The notes beneath the pieces were generated by a model, which had not been told where the DNA came from, ran no database searches, and was given only the letters and a program-made list of their open reading frames with translations. A stretch of DNA of 61,042 nucleotides from Tortispora ganteri. Taxonomy: Eukaryota. Position numbers and translations under genes: made by a program. Shown here piece by piece: positions 32,136 through 43,382 of this stretch (position 1 is the stretch's first letter; the number at the start of each line of letters is the position of its first letter). The stretch covers positions 1 to 61,042 of the forward strand of contig PPNB01000035.1 of NCBI GenBank assembly GCA_003707115.1, written 5' to 3'.

Positions 32136-33488
32136 TCATAAGAAATTGTATATGAGGAAGGCTATGACAGGTATTGCGACTGCGCTGAACAGCAGGGCGA
32201 GTAATGTGAGATCTGCGAGGAATACAGGAGGACGACGTTTTTGTTTGCTGACTTTTTCAATGGTTTTTTCAAATGCTTCAGCCATTGCTTCTCTTGAAAA
32301 GTTGTTGTGAATGTGGTTTATGCCATTGTCGACCATTTTGGAGTAGGATGCATTGATGAACTCATCGTCAAAGCAGACTTTGTAGAGGACTTTTGCCCAT
32401 GCGTCGATATCGTTGGCATCTCTGAGCCATCCTGTTACATTTTCCTTGACAGTCTCTGTAGGTCCGCCGCTGTTCACGGCAATCACGGGCGTCCCTGCGT
32501 ACATGGACTCAAGGGGAACTATACCGAAGTGCTCGAACGCCGGGGTGTATAGCAATATGCGAGAGTTTTCAAGCAGAACAGCTTTCTCTGAGTCTGTAAT
32601 AGAAGGCAAAAAAAGCACATTGATCTGCGGGTCAATAGTATCGAAAGACTCTCCGGGGTTCCGTAGATAGTAGGTCAGTCGAAGATCTTTAGCGAGTGTG
32701 CACAGTTCGCTGAGATACTCGATATTCTCTGCGACACGTGGGTCGTAGCCACCAGCGATGACAAGCTTGAGTGTGAGTTTATCCTCTGTGCCAAGTTTTG
32801 GAAGGTGAATAAGTTTAGCATATGCTTTGAGGGCGAGTTCGACGTTCTTTTTCCTTTCGAAGCGGTTTATAGAAAGGACAGTGGTATAGGGGGCGATGAG
32901 AGTGGCCATGTGGCTCAACGTAATGCTAGGAGCAATAGGAACACATGGATAAATGACGTTTGGGGTCCGTTTAATGAATTTGAACGTTTTGGTAAACACA
33001 GAGCGGGTGAACTTCGAATTGACAAGGATCTCGTCCGCGACGGCTGTAGTTACCTGTTCCAACCAGTCCCAGGGCAGTCGGTAGAGAGAACGGATAGTAG
33101 AGGACCTCTGTGCAAGTAATTGGTCCGGGAAATGGCAATAGAAGACAATCTTAGAATCCGATCTCAGTCTCAGTAGCGGTAAGCAAGCGGATAGTTGATC
33201 TACAATGTACACATCGCTGTCTGTGGGTACAAACCAAGATAGGTAGAGTTGTCTGACAATGGCGCCGATTATATGGAACTTACCCGCTACGCTTCGAGGG
33301 AAGAAATCACCATACACATGGTATTCTATGAGCCCCTTTTTTATCTCCGTGAAGGCATGGTTGGGGTCGCAATGAGAAGTGTAGATTGAGACTTCATGGC
33401 CCAAATCTTGTAGTCCAAGCGCGGCATCTAGCACGAGTCTTTCGGCACCTCCTAGTCCCAGGTCTGGATGTATAAATGTGACTTTCAT
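32136..33488 (-). CDS. ALG2: Alpha-1,3/1,6-mannosyltransferase (GT4)
   Basis: FIHPDLGLGGAERLVLDAA, FYCHFPDQLL, SINRFERKKN, EHFGIVPLE. Confidence 0.97.
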   Translation of the reverse strand: MKVTFIHPDLGLGGAERLVLDAALGLQDLGHEVSIYTSHCDPNHAFTEIKKGLIEYHVYGDFFPRSVAGKFHIIGAIVRQLYLSWFVPTDSDVYIVDQLSACLPLLRLRSDSKIVFYCHFPDQLLAQRSSTIRSLYRLPWDWLEQVTTAVADEILVNSKFTRSVFTKTFKFIKRTPNVIYPCVPIAPSITLSHMATLIAPYTTVLSINRFERKKNVELALKAYAKLIHLPKLGTEDKLTLKLVIAGGYDPRVAENIEYLSELCTLAKDLRLTYYLRNPGESFDTIDPQINVLFLPSITDSEKAVLLENSRILLYTPAFEHFGIVPLESMYAGTPVIAVNSGGPTETVKENVTGWLRDANDIDAWAKVLYKVCFDDEFINASYSKMVDNGINHIHNNFSREAMAEAFEKTIEKVSKQKRRPPVFLADLTLLALLFSAVAIPVIAFLIYNFL

Positions 33489-33769
33489 GCTTACCGATTG
33501 GAACTATATTGCTATCTTAATCTGAATGTTTACAGTGAGTAATAGTCACACAATTTAAAGTAATAAAGGAAACTCTTATCTTCCTAGTGGTGCCTGGGTC
33601 TAGGCCCTCTTAGGGGAGCCCTTCTTGGGTGTATAGCCTGCTAGCCGCATCTTGGGAAATACCGTTACAACTGTAATATACACGTGACTTTATTGCTTAA
33701 GGTTTTTTGCCATTTTTTCCTCTTTACCCTCGAACAATCTAGTGTTTCCTTTTAATTTATTAAACATCT

Positions 33770-35101
33770 ATGTCTTTTCAGAAAGTAGGAGATATTGCAT
33801 CAAAAGTAGACGCCAATGCTGAAGATGAGGATCTAGGCGTTCAGCAGATAGAGTCGTTGTGCATGAATTGCGGTAAGAATGGAATGACGAGACTTCTGCT
33901 GACCTCGATCCCGTACTTCCGCGAGATCATAGTTATGTCATTTCACTGTGACCACTGTGGGTTTCGGAACTCTGAAGTACAGTCGGCTGGCGAGATCCAA
34001 GTGAAAGGAACCAAGTTTACACTCATAGTAGAAGACGTGAAAGACCTCGAGCGCCAGATCATCAAGGCAGACAGTGGCGCTGTCAAGATTGTTGAGCTCG
34101 ATTTAGAGATCCCCGCTTACAGAGGTCAGTTCACTGACGTCCAGGGTCTGTTAGTGACTGTCATTGATGACCTGGCTGCTGGTCAGGAAGAGCGCAAGGA
34201 GTCTGCACCTGAAGTGTATGGCAAGGTGCAAGAGATTATCGACCGCCTGAAAGCTATGAGCGAAGGCAAGGAACTACCATTCACTGTTGTTCTTGACGAC
34301 CCTGCAGGTAATAGCTGGATCGAATTTGTTCCTGGCGAAGCACAGCACAAATGGAGCAAATCTGAGTATTTCCGTACACCTGAACAGAACGAGAAACTTG
34401 GTCTAGCGCCCACTTCTGGTGAGGAAGGCGAGTCGTCCGCGCCAGTTGAGAACTCAGGTATCCATGTGAATAGCGTCGACGATACAGGCAATCCAGAAGA
34501 CGAAGTGGCAACGTTCCCGGCGACTTGTCCGAGCTGTTTGCGCAAGTGCGACACCCACATGAAACTGACAGACATCCCGCACTTTAAACAAGTGACCATC
34601 ATGTCTACCAACTGTGAGTATTGCGGATACAAGTCGAACGAGGTCAAGACTGGTGGAGCTATCCCTGACAAAGGCAAAAAGATTACTTTGCATGTCACGG
34701 ATCCGGAAGACTTATCGCGCAGTTTGCTCAAGTCTGAGACATGCCATATGCAGGTACCCGAACTCGATCTGGATCTTACGCCCGGAACATTAGGAGGTCG
34801 ATTCACTACAGTAGAGGGTATTTTGGTTGAGGTTAGAGATGAACTGGACAACAAAGTACTGAAAGAGTCTAATGATGCCACCAATGAAACCGCTAAAGAG
34901 AGATGGGATCGGTTTTTTAAGAAGGTGCAAGATGCGATCGAAGGAAAGATTAATTTTACTATAATCCTAGACGACCCGTTAGCGGCCAGCTATATACAGA
35001 ACATATACGCTCCGGATCCTGACCCGGAAATGACAGTTGAAGAATATGAACGAAGCTACGAACAGAATGATGAGCTTGGATTGAACGACATGGTCGTATA
35101 A
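33770..35101 (+). CDS. ZPR1: Zinc finger protein Zpr1 (eEF1A chaperone)
   Basis: ESLCMNC...IPYFREII..SFHCDHCGFRN and second finger CPSC...IPHFK...CEYCGYKSNEVKTGG. Confidence 0.97.
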   Translation: MSFQKVGDIASKVDANAEDEDLGVQQIESLCMNCGKNGMTRLLLTSIPYFREIIVMSFHCDHCGFRNSEVQSAGEIQVKGTKFTLIVEDVKDLERQIIKADSGAVKIVELDLEIPAYRGQFTDVQGLLVTVIDDLAAGQEERKESAPEVYGKVQEIIDRLKAMSEGKELPFTVVLDDPAGNSWIEFVPGEAQHKWSKSEYFRTPEQNEKLGLAPTSGEEGESSAPVENSGIHVNSVDDTGNPEDEVATFPATCPSCLRKCDTHMKLTDIPHFKQVTIMSTNCEYCGYKSNEVKTGGAIPDKGKKITLHVTDPEDLSRSLLKSETCHMQVPELDLDLTPGTLGGRFTTVEGILVEVRDELDNKVLKESNDATNETAKERWDRFFKKVQDAIEGKINFTIILDDPLAASYIQNIYAPDPDPEMTVEEYERSYEQNDELGLNDMVV

Positions 35102-35171
35102 CAAGACGATAACAAAGTGATAGGGTTCTCTTAAGCAGCATTTTTTCCTCTTTTTTTTTTTCTTTTTTTGC

Positions 35172-35945
35172 CTAGCCAAGACGCTGAAGAAGATATTCTA
35201 CTTCGACTTCTTTAGTTAGCGGAATGACATAATTCTTGTAAATATCGACGACGACTTCAGGATCGAGTTTCCGCGAGTCACCCGTGAGCGTCGGGCTTAC
35301 ACCGTAAGACTCTGCTTTTTTCCGTAGACGATTTAGTACCTGTTCTTCGACTGCTGCGTTAGTAATTGCTTCGTCAAGTCCTTTAACATCCTTTTCTTTA
35401 ATTAGTTTGTTGAATTTTTCGGTCTCGGAACGGTACTTGGACTCAGCGACGAACTTTCCATAATGAATTCGACGAGAAAGCGATCTCAGACAGTCGGCAT
35501 CGCAACATATAGTAGAGCCCTGGTTTTCCGGATCAGAACCAGGTCGACAAAGCGCTGGAATAATTTTTTCTAAGTACACTTTCTTGATCTGCGAGTTATA
35601 ACTGAAAGCTTTAGGTGCGGGGAAAAGTACTTGTGGATAATTTATAGGAGGCAGGACAGGTTTAACGATCTCTTGCGGAAAGAAAGGGTACTCTAATGGT
35701 GACTCGAACCTTCTAATGACACTATGAGTACGTTCTTCTTCTTTCATGATCCAATCAAGAAGGTTACCTTCAAACTGCAAAGAATCTATGAGTGAAGTTT
35801 CATAGACCTCTGTTTGTGTGGGGAAAAGTGCTCTCTCAATAAGGTCGAATACTATCGTATCTTCCATACGAATGAGTGTTGCTCTTATTTCATTTAAATC
35901 GAGCACTTTTTCTGCGTATTTTGCCTGTTCAAAATAATTAGACAT
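35172..35945 (-). CDS. ARO7: Chorismate mutase
   Basis: LNEIRATLIRMEDTIVFDLIERA, LSRRIHYGKFVAESKY, VIPLTKEVEVEYLLQRL. Confidence 0.97.
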   Translation of the reverse strand: MSNYFEQAKYAEKVLDLNEIRATLIRMEDTIVFDLIERALFPTQTEVYETSLIDSLQFEGNLLDWIMKEEERTHSVIRRFESPLEYPFFPQEIVKPVLPPINYPQVLFPAPKAFSYNSQIKKVYLEKIIPALCRPGSDPENQGSTICCDADCLRSLSRRIHYGKFVAESKYRSETEKFNKLIKEKDVKGLDEAITNAAVEEQVLNRLRKKAESYGVSPTLTGDSRKLDPEVVVDIYKNYVIPLTKEVEVEYLLQRLG

Positions 35946-36103
35946 GACTTTTAAAGACGAATCAAATGGAAATATTAAAACAAAACAAAAGAAATCGTAG
36001 TTCTAGTCAAATTCAACATTCTCCTTCGCAGGTGTTAAATGGGATAATTCAGCCTTTAATTTTACTACCTACGCCCCTTTTCTCGCATCTTTACTCTTTA
36101 CAA

Positions 36104-38328
36104 ATGACTGCACCCACACATTCCGACAAAATACCAGAGTAAGTAGATTTTATATCTAATTTTTTAAATAATTTCTAACAGTTAGAATCCTCCAGGAACG
36201 TGTTGGAGATGCTATTGCTAATAGAAACCTCGCAATCGGCTCATGGAAACAGCTTGGACCCCCTGACCTCGTCACTTTACTAAAAACATCGCCTTCAAAG
36301 GTCGAAGACGAAACTATACATTTCTCTACAGGTATAGATGTTTCCTCTGAGGCATCAATTGCAGCTCATCTCAATACCCTTGTCTACAAACTTGGTCATA
36401 CCCAGACCTGGTTCGGTAGATCCGTCCAATGGAAGGTCTCTGCAGGTACTTATTGTTGCTACAATGCATTCTCAGATTTAGACGTCCGTGTAGAAGTCTC
36501 TATACCGGGCTCAGTAGAGGCATACATGATAGATGCTGCTGGAAGTAGAAGAGAATTCTCCTCTGAGTCTGCACCGCGGATATGGCACGAAACTTTCTTG
36601 TCTGCCATGCTGCGCTCGCTACTCTTCCCCGACGACGAGTCACATTTTGTCACTGCTTGCTACGCATCAAACCCTTTTGATATTCAGGATTTTGAAACTC
36701 GCTTTTTAGACGCTGTCGAAACTTTCTTCTTTCGTGGACCAGCTACCGGACCTCCACCTGGCTTCCAGGTCGCTACACTCGTTAATAACAACCTCGTACA
36801 AGGTCTCTTTAAATTCGTCTCTGCCACTGGTCGCTACGACAGATCAATCTCTATATTATCCAAAATCGCTCTTGAAGAACCCGCTGTCGCCTCTCTGGTA
36901 GCTAAAGCCTTTTTAAAATCCGACCTCGAAGTCGACGCAGTCGCTACTCTTTATGAGGCTCTTAAGAAGAACTCCCGCGATCCACTGGCTCTCGAAATCC
37001 AGTCTCAGTTCTGTCTCCTCAAAGGGAAAACTGACTACGCGATCTTGCTTGCCAATCGCGCCGTAGAAGCGGCTCCAAGCGAATTCACTACTTGGGCGAA
37101 CCTCGCTGAGACATACACAAAAGCCGGCGACTATGAACAGGCACTACTCACTCTTAACACCTGCCCTATGTTCGCCAATTTAGAAAACGATATGTTTGCG
37201 CTCCCCGCAGCGGCAAAAGTCCATTTACCACTTCCCAGCGAAGGGATACTGGATGAGGTGCTGGATTTAGGAGATTCTGAAATATCAGGAGTATCGAAGG
37301 CGGCAAGCACAGGACCAACCTCTGGTGCATTCTTAAGGGATGGCGAAGAAGTACATTTGAATAGGTATAAATCAACGGCAAGAGACCGTGTTATCACTGG
37401 TGCCAACTATATACATGGTGGACCTCCTACCGCAAATGAGAATATAGACGCCCGCCTCAGCAGACTCGTTGGGTCCACACTCAAGGGAACTTTTGCCCAC
37501 GCTTACAGCATCTTGACACGTATAATGCTTGAAACAGGTTGGGAAAGTCTGTTGATCCTTCGTGCGAAAATATTTGTCATGGACGAAGAATATAGAACTG
37601 AGAGAACCGCTAGTTACAGTGGAGGTGCAAAAGCAATGGCTGACAATGATGACAGTGATAGCGGGGTATCAAGTGAGGTAGACGAAAAGCAATCCGAAAA
37701 GCCGGTTCGAGCCAATGGCGTTGGAGGAATCACAGAGGTACGCGCACCGGAGAACAGTGTGAGCGCTAGTGTTATAAAGGGCTCCGAAGAGGGAGCCAAC
37801 GAAACAACAGTTCCTTTTAGAAACAAGCGGCTGTGTGAACGGTGGTTGGATAACCTGTTCATGGTGCTCTACGAGGATTTGAAGGTGTATATTGAATGGA
37901 GGTCCGAGCAAACACATTACCAGAGCAACAATCTTGAGTACAAGAGAAGTCCAATCGAGTGGGAAATTCTTGGCCTGCTTGCACACAGATTGCACCACGA
38001 AGATGAAGCAATCGAAGCTCTGTGCTCTGCTGCTCGTTTGCGGTTCACTCCTCGTGCCCATTGGGCGTTGCTAGATTTGTTCCTTGAAAGGAAGCAATAC
38101 GATAAACTTATCGACACAGCTATTCGTCTTGCCTCGTGGAATCATCGCTGGTATGTTGAATTTTCTCCCCGACTACTTCATGCATTTAGAGTTATTGTGG
38201 AACAAGATGGAGCTACTAAACTGCACTCAAAATTGATATCGAGGTCATTGCCAGACAATGTGTGCGATATCGTAATGAAATATGTGAGGATTATTTCGCC
38301 TGATGAACCTTTGAATAGTGAATATTGA
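36104..38328 (+). CDS. Exomer cargo adaptor, ChAP family (Bud7/Bch1-like); exons 36104-36138 and 36186-38328
   Basis: A 47-nt intron (36139-36185, GTAAGT..TCTAAC..TAG) links to LGPPDL and YCCYNAFS; also ALLTLNTCPM and KRLCERWLDNLFMVLYEDL. Confidence 0.92.
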
Positions 38329-38879
38329 TTCCTAATCAAATAATAACTATGAAGTTTCAAAGAATATCAGCCGTAGTATTGTTACCAAGATCTTGTTCAA
38401 CCAATCAATGTTTCTATAGCAACAATTAACTTTATGCAGCTTTTGTCCTATGTGGCTAAACAACACCATTTACAACCTGTGCCTCGCGTTATCACATTTC
38501 TTGGTTTCCATTTAAATTTTGGCTCTTGGACTTGTTTGTTTATCAATTCGAATAGGTTCTAAAAATTTATTTACCTGTGTAATTGTGCAATTGTGCGATA
38601 CTAATTCTATTGCGCCGCAATTACCTGTCTAAATCTTGACAGCTTTTGTGCGGCTCCATTCATCACATCGTGCGGCTTAAATTCCATCAAAGACCGATCG
38701 CGTAGCTAATCGCGAATAACGCTGCTGGTCATCCAAAAAATAGTCTTCCACCCTTCCTGAGCGGACATTAAGGCTGTGCGCTTAGTGCTATTCTCCTTCC
38801 GCCAGCATTTGCTGTATTGAGGGATCTTTTCTATAGTGAAATAAGCTAGTTCTTGCCGTAAACACATCAAACGATCACT

Positions 38880-39908
38880 ATGGATTTCCGGTCATTATAC
38901 GGTGGGCTAATGGACCAGTTCTATACGAATTCACATAAATCTTTAGTCGAAAATGAACAGTTGAATGAATCCAACGCCGACGAGCCACCCGGCACTGCAC
39001 CAAAAACGAAGAAGAGACGTGTGGGCGGCAACAAAGGGAAAGCCAGGCTTCCGGATTCTGACAAATATGAAGGAGCCATGGCTTTGCTTAATCTAGTGGA
39101 TGGGAGTCGGCCTGCAGATACAACTAATGCTGAAGAAGATGGTTCAAGGTATATTGGAGAGGCTATAATTGATCTCGGACCGCCTAAACCTGACCCAAAC
39201 AGTCTTACGGGGCCTTGGGCGAGTAGCTCGAAGCAGCTCGATGCAAGCTTGATCGATCCCAAAATGCGCCCAGTTCAGTTTTCTACAGATATATCGCTAG
39301 AAAAAGCGGTACAGGCGCAAGATCATGCAGTGGATCCTCTGATAAGAGCGGACGGAACAATAGCGCCCGTTGATCCGTATCCCAACAATGGGGGAAGAAT
39401 GGTACCTTTACCTTCGTCTACCCACAAAATACTTGTGAAAATCCCTCAGAATGGATTTGGAAAGTTTACTGCAACTGATAGTAAGGCTGACATTTCGTCT
39501 CGACCTCATGCATGTCCTTACCCTGGTTGTGAATGGAGATTTACCCGTCCTTCGGATCAGCGCCGGCATCTGCGTTCACATTACATGCCTGCTCTTCAAT
39601 GCCCGTTCTGGCGAGTGCACCAGAACTGTCACAGAAATGGAGGAGCTTTTAACCGCTTAGATGTTCTCAAAAGACATTTAAAGCTCGTGCATTATGTTCA
39701 ATGGTCAAAAACTGAAGAGGGATCTTGTCGTGTCTGTAAACAGCGGTTTGAGAATATAAAAAGCTTCATTGACCATTGCGCTACTTGTCCAAAAGTTCTA
39801 GAGGCAGATAGGCAAAGAGAAGCTGAGGAAGAAGCTAAAAATCAAGCTCGAGAAACTCAGATTGGCGCAGACCCGAATACTGTTCAATCTAGACCTATGA
39901 ATCTTTAG
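38880..39908 (+). CDS. C2H2 zinc-finger transcription factor
   Basis: CPYPGCEWRFTRPSDQRRHLRSH, CPFW...CHRNGGAFNRLDVLKRHLKLVH, and a third CxxC..HC finger; NLS-like KKRR. Confidence 0.85.
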   Translation: MDFRSLYGGLMDQFYTNSHKSLVENEQLNESNADEPPGTAPKTKKRRVGGNKGKARLPDSDKYEGAMALLNLVDGSRPADTTNAEEDGSRYIGEAIIDLGPPKPDPNSLTGPWASSSKQLDASLIDPKMRPVQFSTDISLEKAVQAQDHAVDPLIRADGTIAPVDPYPNNGGRMVPLPSSTHKILVKIPQNGFGKFTATDSKADISSRPHACPYPGCEWRFTRPSDQRRHLRSHYMPALQCPFWRVHQNCHRNGGAFNRLDVLKRHLKLVHYVQWSKTEEGSCRVCKQRFENIKSFIDHCATCPKVLEADRQREAEEEAKNQARETQIGADPNTVQSRPMNL

Positions 39909-40056
39909 TCCTGACGAACAAAACAACTCTGAATATTTTTTTGCTCCTTATCTTTGACGGAAAAGAACCCATTTTACCTATTATGTTATGTCTATGTATA
40001 ATTTTTTAAGAAAGCATAAGTGTTATAAACATAATACACCGTCAATCGTAGGCAAA

Positions 40057-41727
40057 TTACATACGCCAAACCCCGAAATTTTTATTATCAACTGTACGGC
40101 GACCGCCTCGAGAAGCTTCTATTGCCATTCCAAGCACACGTCTAGTGTCACATGGTTTGATAATACCGTCATCCCACAATCGTGAAGAACCAAATTTGAC
40201 GTCAGACTCTGCTTCAATTTGAGCGCGTAGCTTCTCTGTGGCTTCTGCGTTCTTACTGCCTACAGTAGACATAACTGAAGCGAGCTGCTCGGCACCCATT
40301 ACAGCAGTACGAGAGTTAGGCCAAGAGAACAAAAATCTTGGACTGTAAGCACGACCGCACATACCGTAGTTTCCTGCACCATATGAACCTCCAATCAAGA
40401 CCGTAAACCGTTCGACTCCCGAGCCAACCACTGCGTTGACAAGCTTAGCGCCATTCTTTGCAATTCCACCTCGTTCTGCAGCAGAACCAACCATGAATCC
40501 TGATATATTCTGCAAAAACACCAAAGGAATATCACGTTGCTTGCAGAGTTCAATAAAGTGAGCACCCTTGAGCGCAGATTCAGAAAAAAGAGGGCCTTGG
40601 TTCGCAAGGATACCGATCGGATGGCCATAAAGCTTAGACCAGCCGGTGACGAGAGTAGTACCGTATTCTCTCTTAAATTCTGCAAACTCAGATCCGTCGA
40701 CAATACGGGAAATGACTTCTCTCACATCATACGCGATACGAAGATTGTCGCCTACAACGCCATCAATTTCGGTAGGGTCGTATAGAGGTTCAGTAACAAT
40801 TGAAGGGTCAGCAGTAGTAACGTCGTTTTGGGGGTAATTAAGCATTGCAACTGCTTGCCGCATTCTGGCGATTCCTTCAGGCTCAGATTCGACAAGATGG
40901 TCAACAACTCCGGATATAGTGGCATGCATCTCGCCGCCACCCAAGTCCTCTGCTGAGACGACTTCACCAGTAGCAGCCTTCACAAGAGGCGGACCGGCCA
41001 GAAAGATATGGCCGCCTCCTTTGACAATAATTGTCTCGTCAGACATAGCAGGGACATAAGCGCCGCCGGCAGTACATGGACCAAGGACTAGTGAAAGTTG
41101 TGGAATATTCTTACCAGACATAGTCGACTGATTGAAGAAAATTCTGCCAAAATGCTCATGACCAGGGAACACATCCGACTGGTGAGGTAAATTGGCGCCG
41201 CCAGAGTCTACAAGGTAGACGCAAGGGAGGTTGTTTTCAATAGCGATTTCCTGAGCGCGAAGATGTTTGCGTACAGTGATCGGGTAGTAGGTACCGCCTT
41301 TTACGGTAGCGTCATTTGCAACAATAATACATCGAACACCAGAAATTGATCCAATACCAGTAACTAGACCGCCAGAAGGAACCTCTTCACCCGGGTACAA
41401 TTGATAGCCGGCTAATGGTGACAGTTCGAGAAAAGCAGAACCAGGGTCGATCAAGGACGCGATACGATCGCGTACAAGTAATTTATTACGAGAGATATGC
41501 TTCTGGCGAGCCTTTTCAGAACCACCTAAAGCAAATTTAGCGTGAAGTTGATCTAATTCGGAGATGAGGTCTTTCATTGCCTGCGACCGCTGGATGAACT
41601 CAGGGTCGCTGGGGTCAATTTTTGTCTTCAGCACAGACATTTGGTTCTGGATACCGGACGCGACATAAGTGTGGACTTTTCGGCGCCCTAGCCTCATTAC
41701 TGGTCTAGATAACACAGTAGATCTCAT
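40057..41727 (-). CDS. mccB: 3-methylcrotonyl-CoA carboxylase beta subunit (mitochondrial)
   Basis: ANDATVKGGTYYP, YLVDSGGANLP, CTAGGAYVPAM, GGSYGAGNYGMCGRAY, LWDDGII; Arg-rich presequence. Confidence 0.95.
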   Translation of the reverse strand: MRSTVLSRPVMRLGRRKVHTYVASGIQNQMSVLKTKIDPSDPEFIQRSQAMKDLISELDQLHAKFALGGSEKARQKHISRNKLLVRDRIASLIDPGSAFLELSPLAGYQLYPGEEVPSGGLVTGIGSISGVRCIIVANDATVKGGTYYPITVRKHLRAQEIAIENNLPCVYLVDSGGANLPHQSDVFPGHEHFGRIFFNQSTMSGKNIPQLSLVLGPCTAGGAYVPAMSDETIIVKGGGHIFLAGPPLVKAATGEVVSAEDLGGGEMHATISGVVDHLVESEPEGIARMRQAVAMLNYPQNDVTTADPSIVTEPLYDPTEIDGVVGDNLRIAYDVREVISRIVDGSEFAEFKREYGTTLVTGWSKLYGHPIGILANQGPLFSESALKGAHFIELCKQRDIPLVFLQNISGFMVGSAAERGGIAKNGAKLVNAVVGSGVERFTVLIGGSYGAGNYGMCGRAYSPRFLFSWPNSRTAVMGAEQLASVMSTVGSKNAEATEKLRAQIEAESDVKFGSSRLWDDGIIKPCDTRRVLGMAIEASRGGRRTVDNKNFGVWRM

Positions 41728-42020
41728 TTTCGACAATATAAAAAAGCGCCAGTAGATGTGTTTAGGCTAGTATATAGAGGAAAGGTGCTCCTCCTTGCTG
41801 GTTTTTAAATGTGGTGAGTCCGGCGTTGGGTCGCATAGTATAAAGCCTCTTATTGGCTGAAACTCCCAATATCCGTCTCTACCCCGGATTATTTGATGCC
41901 CCCACATGAACGGGCCTCGCGCGGAAACTTTATTGCGCACCCTGCTGCACCTGCCTACTTATATCAGACCATTTAACGCTTCTTCTCCCGTCTTCACTTG
42001 CACTACCAAACACTTAAAAG

Positions 42021-43244
42021 ATGCTTAAGACTAATTTTATACGAACATCTACTCGTGCAGTTACTAATGCGACCACTCTCCGCGTCGCCTCCCAGGTACG
42101 TTTTGCTCACGTCGACGCGGAAGAACTTCGCGACGCAACGGTAGCTTTCTGTCAGGCAGAGATCCCGCGTGAGCTCGCCTTCGAGGTCGACAGATCTAAT
42201 ACCTTCCCGCACCATCTCTGGAAGAAGTTTGGCGAAGCCGGTCTTCTCGGTATAACTGCCCCAGAGAAGTATGGCGGTCTTGATGCCGGCTACCTTGCCC
42301 ACTGCGTTGTCCTTGAAGAAATTTCTCGCGCGTCTGGCTCAATTGGTCTCTCCTACGCAGCACATTCGCAGCTCTGTGTCAACCAGCTGACTCTGCACGC
42401 GAATGAGATGCAGAAGGAGAAGTACCTTGTGCCTCTGGTCGCCGGCGACAAGGTCGGCGCACTTGCCATGTCGGAGGCGGGTGCTGGTTCCGATGTCGTC
42501 TCGATGCGCACCCGCGCAGACAAAGTTGATGGTGGATACCTGCTTAACGGCTCAAAGATGTGGATTACCAATGGTCCTACTGCTGATATACTCGTTGTCT
42601 ATGCGAAAACTGACCCTGCTGCGGGCAAGAACGGTATCACTGCTTTCATCGTCGAAAAGGGTTTCAAAGGCTTCAAGGTCGAGAGGAAACTCGACAAGTT
42701 CGGTATGCGTGGCTCAGATACCGGCGAACTTGTTTTTGAAGATGTCTTTATTCCTGAAGAAAATATTCTCGGACCGCTCAATAAGGGTGTCTACGTCTTA
42801 ATGAAAGGCCTCGATCTTGAACGTCTTGTACTGTCCGCTGGACCCATTGGGTTAATGCAGGCTGCTCTTGACGAAACACTTCCCTATGTTCATACCAGAC
42901 AACAATTTGGCAAGCCTATCGCTCATCAGCAACTTGTTCAAGGCCGTCTAGCTGACATGTACACTAAATTCGCAGCCTCTAAGGCTTTTGTCTATAGCAC
43001 CGCTAAGGACTGTGACAATGGAAAGGTTGATACCAAAGACTGCGCCGGTGCTATCCTCTACGCTGCTGAACGCGCCACCGAAGTAGCATTAGATGCAATT
43101 CAACTCATGGGTGGTATGGGCTATATGAACGAAACTTCTCCTGGCAGAATCTTGCGTGACGCTAAGCTTTACGAGATCGGCGCTGGAACATCGGAGATCC
43201 GCCGTATGGTTATTGGCCGTGCCTTCAACAAGGAGTACAAGTAA
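42021..43244 (+). CDS. ivdA: Isovaleryl-CoA dehydrogenase (mitochondrial)
   Basis: [67 protein letters not shown]. Confidence 0.95.
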   Translation: MLKTNFIRTSTRAVTNATTLRVASQVRFAHVDAEELRDATVAFCQAEIPRELAFEVDRSNTFPHHLWKKFGEAGLLGITAPEKYGGLDAGYLAHCVVLEEISRASGSIGLSYAAHSQLCVNQLTLHANEMQKEKYLVPLVAGDKVGALAMSEAGAGSDVVSMRTRADKVDGGYLLNGSKMWITNGPTADILVVYAKTDPAAGKNGITAFIVEKGFKGFKVERKLDKFGMRGSDTGELVFEDVFIPEENILGPLNKGVYVLMKGLDLERLVLSAGPIGLMQAALDETLPYVHTRQQFGKPIAHQQLVQGRLADMYTKFAASKAFVYSTAKDCDNGKVDTKDCAGAILYAAERATEVALDAIQLMGGMGYMNETSPGRILRDAKLYEIGAGTSEIRRMVIGRAFNKEYK

Positions 43245-43382
43245 CATGAAATTGTAACGAATAAATAAGTTCAAATATTACTATTGATCATTAGAATGAA
43301 ACTGAAATGAACTGAAAAGTAATTGAAAAAAAATAAACCTGAAAAGAGTTCCTTACTCCATAGAGAATACCATTTTGTCATA

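Noticed and set aside
34183..34884. Long antisense ORFs, e.g. 233 aa opposite ZPR1, 210 aa opposite DLD1 and 166 aa opposite the orphan at 12161
   Set aside because: They lie wholly opposite longer ORFs (mostly well-conserved genes) and show no motifs; such shadows are expected from codon bias.
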